Shown here: in pieces, positions 9,002 through 16,114 of the stretch
Layout of the letters: the number at the start of each line of letters is the position of its first letter
Position numbering within the stretch: the stretch's first letter is position 1
Source: a virus
Taxonomy: Duplodnaviria; Caudoviricetes
Reading direction: 5' to 3' (one strand)
DNA: 60,514 bases
IMG/VR virus record: IMGVR_UViG_3300033487_000005
Coordinates: 1-60,514 of that record
The notes under the pieces: generated by a model
Databases searched by the model: none
What the model saw: only the letters and a program-made list of their open reading frames with translations
What the model was told of the DNA's origin: nothing
Made by a program: the position numbers and the translations under genes

Positions 9002-9423
9002 TGGACTAGACCTTATGGGAACCGTAGCACTTTTCCAAAGTCGGTGCAAGCCGACCACTCCTGGCGCCACGGCAAGGCGCTGTTGGATCGCATCCGTGCG
9101 CGAGGTCTGCGCACAACGGCGGCAGCCGAAATCGTCGCTGACCCGGAGGTACGTGGCGTGGCAGGCATTGCGTCTGCACCGACACCATGCCGGGCTGAAT
9201 CGCATAACCGTAGGCCTGAATGGTGGCAACCAGGTGTTTCCAGGCACCGGAGAAGGAACGGTAGGGTCGCCGAAAAGCAACGGCCCGGGTGCGAGCGAAT
9301 ACGGAAGGCAAGAACGTCGACAGGCCAGATCCCACAGGTCTGTCGTGGTCCGAGCCAACCCGCGAAACGCGGACTGCAGAGCCTAGCTGCTAGCTGCAGG
9401 GAGTGGTCAGTCCCCTTATAGGG
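9002..9423 (+). ncRNA. Candidate large structured ncRNA, unclassified
   Basis: Nested long-range helices, GNRA-capped hairpin and a pseudoknot (see finding); no credible ORF. Confidence 0.65.
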
Positions 9424-9498
9424 TGGGTGGCCTCCGGGCCTGGAACGTCCGCCGCATGACGCTGCGCAACCTGCATGGCCTGCACTTTCGCGGTGGAC

Positions 9499-9567
9499 CT
9501 GCAGTTGCTCTGCAATTGCTCAGCAGTTGCTAGCAGGCTTGCCAATCTCACCTAGTCGTGCTAGTGT
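9499..9567 (+). promoter_or_regulatory. Three tandem 11-bp repeats followed by a promoter for the leaderless gene at 9577
   Basis: CTGCAGTTGCT/CTGCAATTGCT/CAGCAGTTGCT then TTGCCA-17-TAGTGT. Confidence 0.55.
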
Positions 9568-9576
9568 GCATTTTCG

Positions 9577-10248
9577 ATGCGACCCAGGATCCCCGAGACT
9601 GAGCTGGCCAAAGCCGTCGTGGCATACCTGCGAGAGTACCAGTGGGAGGTCTACCAGGAGGTCGTGGTGGGAGGGCCACGGGCCGACATCGTCGGGGTCA
9701 GAGGAAATCTGCTCTGGGTGGTCGAGGTCAAGGCGGCGCTGTCGCTGCGGTTGCTCGACCAGGCCGCGGGATGGATCGGGCGCTCCCACTACGTTTCGAT
9801 CGCCGTCCCATTCGACTCGCACCCGATGCACAGATCGTTCGCAGGGCGGTTCCTGAAGCAGCTTGGAATTGGGACTCTATACGTGCGAGGCGGTTCCCAT
9901 CCAGCGTACGACCCGCTCCATGCACGAGAAGATGAGAAGCCGGCGTTTCTCCGACGGGTAGATTCGTCTCACATCCTTCGCTCGCTCAACGAGGCCCAGA
10001 AGTCATCCGTTGCGGGGATCGCCGGCGGAGGCTACTGGACACCATTCCGCGGGACCTGTGGTGAGCTTCGTCGGTTCGTGCGCGAGCACCCGGGGTGCAA
10101 GGTCAAGCAGGCGATCGACTCGATTCATCACCACTACGCGACGCCGGCCAGCGCCGTCGGTTCGCTGTACAAGCTGATTTCTGACGGGAAGATTGAAGGT
10201 CTGGTAATCGACGGCGATGGCCGTCTCTCAACGAAAGAGGAATCATGA
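9577..10248 (+). CDS. MmcB-like PD-(D/E)xK nuclease with C-terminal winged-helix-like region
   Basis: QEV....RADIVG....WVVEVK..LS..LLDQA. Confidence 0.7.
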   Translation: MRPRIPETELAKAVVAYLREYQWEVYQEVVVGGPRADIVGVRGNLLWVVEVKAALSLRLLDQAAGWIGRSHYVSIAVPFDSHPMHRSFAGRFLKQLGIGTLYVRGGSHPAYDPLHAREDEKPAFLRRVDSSHILRSLNEAQKSSVAGIAGGGYWTPFRGTCGELRRFVREHPGCKVKQAIDSIHHHYATPASAVGSLYKLISDGKIEGLVIDGDGRLSTKEES

Positions 10249-10541
10249 GCAAACCAACGCCAACCGAGGCCGGCCGGGCCCTCGCCGCACTAGGGGCGAG
10301 CAAGGGCGGCAAGGCCGCAGCCAAGGCCATGGACGGCGACCAGCTTCGCGCCCGCGCCTCGGCCGGCGGCAAGGCGTCCGCTGCCCGCCTGACGCCCGAG
10401 GAACGCAGCCAGCGCGCGCTCAAGGCCGTACAGGCGCGGTGGGCTCGGTACCGTCGCGAGCACTGCTATGAGTGCTACATGGAGGACGTGTACCATCAGA
10501 CCAGGTCCGGCCACACCTGCAAGCGGGAGGTGAAGCCGTGA
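10245..10541 (+). CDS. KGG-repeat small basic protein
   Basis: SKGGKAAA...AGGKASAARLTPEERSQRALKAVQARW. Confidence 0.7.
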   Translation: MSKPTPTEAGRALAALGASKGGKAAAKAMDGDQLRARASAGGKASAARLTPEERSQRALKAVQARWARYRREHCYECYMEDVYHQTRSGHTCKREVKP

Positions 10542-10879
10542 GCAAGCAGCCGAAAGCCACGTCCGCGCAAGCGGAGTACGAATCTCTGCACGACGCCGTC
10601 ACCGGATACATTTCGTGGGATGGGACCGTCGATGCCTACTCTGCTTGTCCGTTCGGCTCGAAATCGAGCTGCGCCCTTGGATCGTGCGCGGATTCGGCGA
10701 TCGCGTTCACGGGGAAAGGTTCATTCAGCGATTGCCCAAGATTCGGCGGGGCGGCTCCTGGAGCCGTGCGAGCCAGCGTCCTGTGCAGGGGAAAACGATG
10801 GTTTGAATCGAAGGGAGAGCCGGAGCCCAAAGAAGTCGGATCGAAATGGACGAAGACCAACGCCGCGAGGAAACCGTGA
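10538..10879 (+). CDS. Hypothetical Cys-containing protein
   Basis: GGAGG RBS; GTGA overlap. Confidence 0.5.
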   Translation: MSKQPKATSAQAEYESLHDAVTGYISWDGTVDAYSACPFGSKSSCALGSCADSAIAFTGKGSFSDCPRFGGAAPGAVRASVLCRGKRWFESKGEPEPKEVGSKWTKTNAARKP

Positions 10880-10922
10880 GCACCATCTACCTCGCCGCGC
10901 GGTTCACGTTCCAGGAGTCGGC

Positions 10923-11630
10923 GTGAATGAGCTGGCACTTTTCTCAGGCGCTGGAGGCGGAATTCTCGGCGGCACCCTGCTCGGATGGAGAACCGTCTGC
11001 GCCGTGGAGATCAATGCCTTCTGCGCCAGACGACTCATGCAGCGCCAAAATGAAGGCCACTTGCCACCGTTCCCCATTTGGGATGATGTTTGTACCTTCG
11101 ACGGACGCCCATGGGCAGGAGCTGTTGACGTCATTTCTGGCGGCTTCCCGTGCCAGGACATCAGCGCAGCCGGGAAGGGCGCAGGAATCGACGGGGAACG
11201 CTCGGGACTGTGGAAGGAGTTCGCTCGCATCATTGGCGAGGTACGACCCGCGCACGTACTCGTGGAAAACTCGCCAATGCTCACTGGGCGCGGGCTTGGA
11301 CGAGTTCTCGGAGACTTGGCCGCGTTGGGGTTTGATGCGAGATGGGGAGTGCTGGGGGCTTGTTGTGTCGGAGCACCTCACCGACGAGAAAGAATCTGGG
11401 TTGTGGCTTCCAACCATCCAGTCGCGAGATTGGAAGGGATGCTCCAACAGATCGAGAAAAGGCTACGAGAAGGATCTCCCAATGGCGATAGGGTGCAAGG
11501 CTGGTTCTCATCTGAGCCCAAATTGGATCGAATGGTTCATCGGCTGGCCAATAGGATGGACAGGGTGCGAGCCATTGGAAACGGCCAAGTTCCGGCAGTG
11601 GTACGACTTGCATGGGAGACGCTGAAATGA
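10923..11630 (+). CDS. DNA cytosine-5 methyltransferase (alpha chain: motifs I-VIII and X)
   Basis: LFSGAGG, GGFPCQD, VENS, RERIW, AIGNG. Confidence 0.9.
   Translation: MNELALFSGAGGGILGGTLLGWRTVCAVEINAFCARRLMQRQNEGHLPPFPIWDDVCTFDGRPWAGAVDVISGGFPCQDISAAGKGAGIDGERSGLWKEFARIIGEVRPAHVLVENSPMLTGRGLGRVLGDLAALGFDARWGVLGACCVGAPHRRERIWVVASNHPVARLEGMLQQIEKRLREGSPNGDRVQGWFSSEPKLDRMVHRLANRMDRVRAIGNGQVPAVVRLAWETLK
10927..11625 (+). CDS. Overlapping +1-frame ORF, putative MTase beta chain (TRD and motif IX)
   Basis: WLPT...RDWKG and LSPNWIEWFIGWPIGWT resemble motif IX, which is missing from the alpha frame. Confidence 0.7.
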   Translation: MSWHFSQALEAEFSAAPCSDGEPSAPWRSMPSAPDDSCSAKMKATCHRSPFGMMFVPSTDAHGQELLTSFLAASRARTSAQPGRAQESTGNARDCGRSSLASLARYDPRTYSWKTRQCSLGAGLDEFSETWPRWGLMRDGECWGLVVSEHLTDEKESGLWLPTIQSRDWKGCSNRSRKGYEKDLPMAIGCKAGSHLSPNWIEWFIGWPIGWTGCEPLETAKFRQWYDLHGRR

Positions 11631-11682
11631 GCACCCTCTACCTCGCCGCCCGGTTCGAGCGCCAACGCATGGATGATGTCGG

Positions 11683-12576
11683 ATGTCACCGATTGTAGTT
11701 CAGCTTGAGATCCAAGGATTGATCCTTGTCCTGTCCATCAGCGGAGGGAAGGATTCGACGGCAGTTGCCCTGGCGCTGCGAGAAGCCGGCATCCCATTCC
11801 GCATGGTTTTCGCGGATACCGGATGGGAGGCTCCCGAGACATACGAGCACCTGGACTATCTGCGCGCCAAGCTCGGCCCCATCGACGTCGTCGACGTCCC
11901 GGGAGGCATGGTCGAGAAGATCCGAAAGCGCGCCGGCTTCCCGGCCAGGATGCAGCGATGGTGCACGCGCGAATTGAAGCTAGAGCCATTGCGCAAGTAC
12001 CATGATGCCATCGAGGCGTCCGAAGGGGAAACCGTCTGCGTGGTCGGCGTGAGAGCTGGCGAGTCTGCCGCGCGCGCAAAGATGGCGGTGCTTGAGGACG
12101 AACCCGTAGGAGATCGTTCGTGGGGAGGTTGGGTATGGCGCCCGATCTTGTCCTGGACCGTTGAGGACGTGATCCGAATCCACAACCGGCATGGCGTCCG
12201 GATGAATCCGCTCTATCACCGTGGGCACGATCGCGTCGGGTGCTATCCGTGCATCTTCGCGCGCAAGGAAGAAATCCGTCTCATCGCCAAGAACTGCCCA
12301 GAACGCATCGACGAAATCAGGGCACTAGAAGCAGAATGCATGGAAGAACGTAAACGGCGAAACGCTGCCGATCCTGGCAGGTACCAATACCCGATCGCCA
12401 CGTTTTTCCAAGGACGTGGAGAACCAGGACGCAATGGAGCAATGGCGATCGACAATGTCGTCATGTGGTCGCGCACGGTTCGAGGAGGGAAACAGCTACC
12501 ATTGCTTGCGCCAGTTCCCGAGGGTGGCTGCATGCGCTGGGGCCTATGCGAGACGCACGGAGAGGACGAACAATGA
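11683..12576 (+). CDS. PAPS reductase-family (PP-loop) protein
   Basis: SISGGKDS, FADTGWE, RWCTRELK, GVRAGES..R, RVGCYPC. Confidence 0.9.
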   Translation: MSPIVVQLEIQGLILVLSISGGKDSTAVALALREAGIPFRMVFADTGWEAPETYEHLDYLRAKLGPIDVVDVPGGMVEKIRKRAGFPARMQRWCTRELKLEPLRKYHDAIEASEGETVCVVGVRAGESAARAKMAVLEDEPVGDRSWGGWVWRPILSWTVEDVIRIHNRHGVRMNPLYHRGHDRVGCYPCIFARKEEIRLIAKNCPERIDEIRALEAECMEERKRRNAADPGRYQYPIATFFQGRGEPGRNGAMAIDNVVMWSRTVRGGKQLPLLAPVPEGGCMRWGLCETHGEDEQ

Positions 12577-12938
12577 GCACGCTGTATCTTGCGAGCAGGT
12601 TCGAGCGCCAGGCCGAGCTGCTCGTGTACCGGGACAGGCTCGAGCGCTCCGGGCACGTCGTGACGTCGCGGTGGCTGGACGCCCCCGGGCCCGCGGTGCC
12701 GGACGATGCGGCGCTGATGGCCGAATGCGATCTGGCAGACATCGCGAAAGCGGACTGGTTCGTCCTGTTCTCCGACGACCAACTAGGCCGCGGGGGAAAG
12801 GACTTCGAGATGGGGTGGGCTGCACACCACGGGCTGCGCCTGCGCATCGTTGGGCCGAGGGTGCACGTGTTCCACTTCCTGCCGGCGATCGTCCAGTACG
12901 AGACGGTCGACGAGTTCTTGGAGACGATGGGGGCTTGA
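12573..12938 (+). CDS. Nucleoside 2-deoxyribosyltransferase / nucleotide N-glycosidase-like protein
   Basis: YLAS start, DLADIAKAD, GGKDFEMGWA (catalytic Glu). Confidence 0.75.
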   Translation: MSTLYLASRFERQAELLVYRDRLERSGHVVTSRWLDAPGPAVPDDAALMAECDLADIAKADWFVLFSDDQLGRGGKDFEMGWAAHHGLRLRIVGPRVHVFHFLPAIVQYETVDEFLETMGA

Positions 12939-12972
12939 CTTTCGCATCGCCATGCCGCCTAATAATCCGAGC

Positions 12973-13215
12973 ATGAAAAAATCGAAACGAGACAATCCGA
13001 GTCCTGATTCACGGAAGCCAGGACGTCCCGCCAAGCCGGCTGGCAGCACGCGCGACGTGCGGGCTATCTGCTACCTGCTGACCACGGAGCGCCCGATCGT
13101 CGAGAGAGCCGCTCACGTGCGAGGATTGAGCGTGAGCGACACGCTCCGGGCAGGTCTGCGCAGCCTCGGGGTCGATCTGACCGATCAGGCATACCGTATT
13201 CCGGCGCGTGATTGA
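12973..13215 (+). CDS. Ribbon-helix-helix-type regulator with GRP motif
   Basis: KPGRPAKP, beta strand, ERAAHVRGLSVSDTLR; TTGACT upstream, leaderless. Confidence 0.65.
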   Translation: MKKSKRDNPSPDSRKPGRPAKPAGSTRDVRAICYLLTTERPIVERAAHVRGLSVSDTLRAGLRSLGVDLTDQAYRIPARD

Positions 13216-13278
13216 CGCAGCGTCAGCGACGGCACGTGACGCATCGTGAGCAAATCGACATAGCCCCGTTGAATTTTC

Positions 13279-13322
13279 TGGACACGGATAATCCCGGTGC
13301 TAGTATGTATCTCAGGAGGACA
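13279..13322 (+). promoter_or_regulatory. Early promoter plus RBS, copy 1
   Basis: TGGACA-16-TAGTAT with TG extension, then AGGAGG; 28 bp identical to copy 2. Confidence 0.75.
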
Positions 13323-13327
13323 CGACG

Positions 13328-13507
13328 ATGACGACGACGACCACTACGTACCTGTACGATCTGGACACTCGACACAAGGTGACAGCCCGCGACCTGCAAA
13401 TTTCCCAAGAGGCATACGACGCCACGATGGCGTACCGCCGCGAGATGGGCTGCGAGTACAAGATCGTCATCGGAGGCCGTCGTCTCGGCCTCGGAAGGGC
13501 AGAGTAG
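13328..13507 (+). CDS. Small early protein (not in the ORF track)
   Basis: AGGAGG RBS; MTTTTTTYLYDLDTRHKV..., 59 aa. Confidence 0.7.
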   Translation: MTTTTTTYLYDLDTRHKVTARDLQISQEAYDATMAYRREMGCEYKIVIGGRRLGLGRAE

Positions 13508-13508
13508 C

Positions 13509-13802
13509 ATGGCGACCAATCTCTACAGCATCGTGCAGCCAGTGACCAGCGTGGAGATGGGGCCCATCGAGGCATCGAGCCCGGGCGAGGCGCTCGATGC
13601 GCTGGCCCGGATGGCCGGATACCGCGACCACGCTCACGCCTGCGAGGTGACAGATGATGATGACGACCTGATAGTGACTGAGATAGAGGCGTACCACGAC
13701 GAGTGCGACCTGTACATGGACGCCGACGACGAGGCGCAGAATTTCGAGCCGTGGAATAATTGCCTGCCGGCGACCGACGGCGAGTGGCGGACGCGCGAGT
13801 AG
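13509..13802 (+). CDS. Acidic early protein
   Basis: 97 aa; GPIEASSPGEALDALARMAGY. Confidence 0.7.
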   Translation: MATNLYSIVQPVTSVEMGPIEASSPGEALDALARMAGYRDHAHACEVTDDDDDLIVTEIEAYHDECDLYMDADDEAQNFEPWNNCLPATDGEWRTRE

Positions 13803-13810
13803 CCCGCCCA

Positions 13811-13857
13811 CCCGCGCCTCGTGCGCGGTCTGCCCCCGAGCAGTCGGAGGTGGACCG
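13811..13857 (+). repeat. 47-nt double-hairpin element, copy A
   Basis: CCGCGC-CTCGT-GCGCGG plus CGGTCTGCC...GGTGGACCG. Confidence 0.75.
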
Positions 13858-13882
13858 GGACCGAGACTCAGGAGGACGACAC

Positions 13883-14149
13883 ATGACGACGACGCAGACA
13901 ATCCGACAATCGATGATCCGAGACGAGTACGACCACCTGCACGGCGAGTGCGATACGGTATGCGAGGTCGGACGCGGCCACGTCGGCACCGGTCGACTGC
14001 ACATCGCGCTTCCGATCAGCGCGCTCATGCACCTGGCATCGCAGGTGCCGGGACTCGACGTCGATGTCGACACCGGTCTGGCGTGGTGCCAGCCGTCGCA
14101 AGTCGCGCGAGTGCGTGACGTCGCGGCGGCTCTCGCAGGAGCGAGGTAG
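13883..14149 (+). CDS. Small early protein
   Basis: AGGAGG RBS; MTTTQTIRQ. Confidence 0.7.
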   Translation: MTTTQTIRQSMIRDEYDHLHGECDTVCEVGRGHVGTGRLHIALPISALMHLASQVPGLDVDVDTGLAWCQPSQVARVRDVAAALAGAR

Positions 14150-14151
14150 CC

Positions 14152-14355
14152 ATGACGACTACGCAGACAATCAGGACGGTGCACGCGCTGGGGACGGACT
14201 TCGCGTGCGGCGCGCGCACAGCGCAGATTCGCCGCTCCCTCGCGCGGCCGGGCTCTTGGGTGGTGACCGGGAGCGACGGCCGGACGCAAATCCGCGACGA
14301 CTACTTCGACGCGCGCACCGAGGCGGTGGCGCGCGTGACCAAGGGGGTGGCGTGA
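14152..14355 (+). CDS. Small early protein
   Basis: GAGG RBS; MTTTQTIRT. Confidence 0.65.
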   Translation: MTTTQTIRTVHALGTDFACGARTAQIRRSLARPGSWVVTGSDGRTQIRDDYFDARTEAVARVTKGVA

Positions 14356-14573
14356 TGATCCTCGAATCATCCTGCTACCACGTCCACGCGACTCCCGCTT
14401 GCCCGGAGTCGCGTGCTAACGTGAGCGTCAGCGCCGGCAATCCCACCGTGCGGGGGCAGGCGTTTGCGTCGGTCTCGCTGCACATGACGGCCGCCGACGC
14501 CCGCGCGCTGGCCTACGACCTGCTGAGCGCCGCCGACCACGCCGACGGGCTCGCGCCGGCAGAGGTCGACTGA
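14355..14573 (+). CDS. Small early protein
   Basis: TGATG coupling. Confidence 0.6.
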   Translation: MILESSCYHVHATPACPESRANVSVSAGNPTVRGQAFASVSLHMTAADARALAYDLLSAADHADGLAPAEVD

Positions 14574-14839
14574 TGCGCTGGGAGCGGTGCTGGCAGTGCG
14601 ACGGGCGCGGCTCCACCGGGCCGTACACCGATGCGGGGGAGCCGCGATTCGTCGGCGCGTGCACCGAGTGCCGCGGCAAGGGACGCCTGCGCACAGACGG
14701 TCACGAGCGGCTCGAGTGCAGGGCGCAGAAGCTCGCCGTGCGCCGCGCGTGCTGGCGGAAGGCCGCCTCGTCACTGGCCAGGCGGTGTCGCGAGGACACG
14801 CCGGGTAATGTATCTTGCATTTTCTCGCATCCCATGTGA
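14573..14839 (+). CDS. DnaJ-type CxxCxGxG Zn-finger protein
   Basis: CWQCDGRG and CTECRGKG. Confidence 0.6.
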   Translation: MRWERCWQCDGRGSTGPYTDAGEPRFVGACTECRGKGRLRTDGHERLECRAQKLAVRRACWRKAASSLARRCREDTPGNVSCIFSHPM

Positions 14840-14849
14840 TTGTGTCGTC

Positions 14850-15044
14850 ATGAACAAAAAGCCAGGGAGACCAAAGAAGGACCGAGGAGACTCTCAGACG
14901 AAATGCGTATCGGTGTGGTTGCTTGAAGACGAGAAGGAATCGATTCAGAGAGCAGCAAACAGCGCTCGTCTACCGGTGAGCACATGGGCCGGGAAGGTAC
15001 TGACTGACGCAGCCAGAAGGGCACTGTCAGCGTTGGGAGTGTAG
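14850..15044 (+). CDS. Ribbon-helix-helix-type regulator with GRP motif
   Basis: KKPGRPKK...VSVWLLEDEKESIQRAA...VSTWA. Confidence 0.7.
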   Translation: MNKKPGRPKKDRGDSQTKCVSVWLLEDEKESIQRAANSARLPVSTWAGKVLTDAARRALSALGV

Positions 15045-15046
15045 CC

Positions 15047-15487
15047 ATGGTCTACATATACTCACTCAAAGATCCAAGAGATGGTGTGGTCAAATACATC
15101 GGGCAGACTCGCCACATCGGTACGCGGTTGTCAAGTCACATCTCTGCAGCATATGGGAATCCCAGGAAGGGAAGAAGTGCCAAGGACGATTGGCTTAGGG
15201 GACTTGAAGCTTCTGGATCTATGGCGATCGTAGAAGTCCTTGAAGAATGCGACGATGACAACGCCGGTACTTCTGAGAAGAAGTGGATTGCATTTTATCG
15301 AGAGAACGGGGAATTGTTCAATATTCAGGGTGGCTCTGAGTCTCACGCAAACCTCAGGGAAGGATGGGTATCTACTCATGTCCCGATGACAAAAGATGAA
15401 CGGCAGGCCTGCAACGAAAAGGCAAGACTCACCGGTCTTAGCTACGCCGTTTGGGCCAGGATGAGACTGGTTGACGCGTCAAGATAG
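15047..15487 (+). CDS. GIY-YIG endonuclease with C-terminal RHH-like domain
   Basis: YIYSL.DPR....YIGQT...R...H...E.KWI; tail VPMTKDERQAC...GLSYAVWAR. Confidence 0.85.
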   Translation: MVYIYSLKDPRDGVVKYIGQTRHIGTRLSSHISAAYGNPRKGRSAKDDWLRGLEASGSMAIVEVLEECDDDNAGTSEKKWIAFYRENGELFNIQGGSESHANLREGWVSTHVPMTKDERQACNEKARLTGLSYAVWARMRLVDASR

Positions 15488-15516
15488 CGTTGTTTAGTGG
15501 GTTATGTCGATTTTTC

Positions 15517-15560
15517 TTGCATCGGGAATACACGGTGCTAGTATGTATCTCAGGAGGACA
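15517..15560 (+). promoter_or_regulatory. Early promoter plus RBS, copy 2
   Basis: TTGCAT-16-TAGTAT; CGGTGCTAGTATGTATCTCAGGAGGACA. Confidence 0.75.
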
Positions 15561-15565
15561 TGAAC

Positions 15566-15781
15566 ATGACGAAGACGAAGGCGACGACACTTATTTGTGA
15601 GGATTGCGGCAAGGGAGAGCGAGCCGGCGAGCTCTGGAGCACGACCAATGCGCAGTCCGCCCAGGGACTCGGCTGGTGCCCAGGCTGTGCGAGCCTGCGC
15701 GTGGCCGAGACCACCTTCCAGCCGACCGCGCGACTCCGCGCTGCCCAGAAGGCTCGCCGGGCTCGCGCAGGATACCGCTAG
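15566..15781 (+). CDS. Small Zn-finger early protein
   Basis: CEDC...CPGC; AGGAGG RBS. Confidence 0.7.
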   Translation: MTKTKATTLICEDCGKGERAGELWSTTNAQSAQGLGWCPGCASLRVAETTFQPTARLRAAQKARRARAGYR

Positions 15782-15784
15782 CCG

Positions 15785-15831
15785 CCCGCGCTTCGGCGCG
15801 GTCTGCGACTCTCCCAGAGCGCCGCAGACCG
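15785..15831 (+). repeat. 47-nt double-hairpin element, copy B
   Basis: CCGCGC-TTCG-GCGCGG plus CGGTCTGCG...CGCAGACCG. Confidence 0.75.
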
Positions 15832-15854
15832 GACCGAAGAAGGAGGACACGACG

Positions 15855-16049
15855 ATGACGAAGACGACGATCGAGATTGGCCAGAAGGTCTATCTGCGTT
15901 GCAGCCCATGCCACGGGCAGATACATTGGGCTGGCACCGTCGAGAAAATCGACGAGCTTGGCATCCTGGTGCACTGGACTGATACGCCGATGGGACATGC
16001 CGAGCAGCGCCACTACTCACGGGAGGTCCTCACGGAGAAGCCTGTCTAG
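15855..16049 (+). CDS. Small SH3/KOW-like early protein
   Basis: IEIGQKVYL...GTVEKID...ILVHW. Confidence 0.65.
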   Translation: MTKTTIEIGQKVYLRCSPCHGQIHWAGTVEKIDELGILVHWTDTPMGHAEQRHYSREVLTEKPV

Positions 16050-16053
16050 CCAG

Positions 16054-16100
16054 CCCGCGCCTCGTGCGCGGCAGCCTCACGACCGATCGCGGGGCTGCCG
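16054..16100 (+). repeat. 47-nt double-hairpin element, copy C
   Basis: CCGCGC-CTCGT-GCGCGG plus CGGCAGCC...GGCTGCCG. Confidence 0.75.
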
Positions 16101-16114
16101 GACAGGAGGACACG

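Noticed and set aside
8996-9421. ORFs 8996..9421, 9015..9386 and reverse ORFs as proteins
   Set aside because: No RBS or recognisable motifs and atypical composition; RNA structure explains the region better.
13811-16100. CRISPR array or integron
   Set aside because: Repeats are separated by whole genes at irregular spacing; there is no cas operon, no integron integrase and no attC RYYYAAC/GTTRRRY ends.
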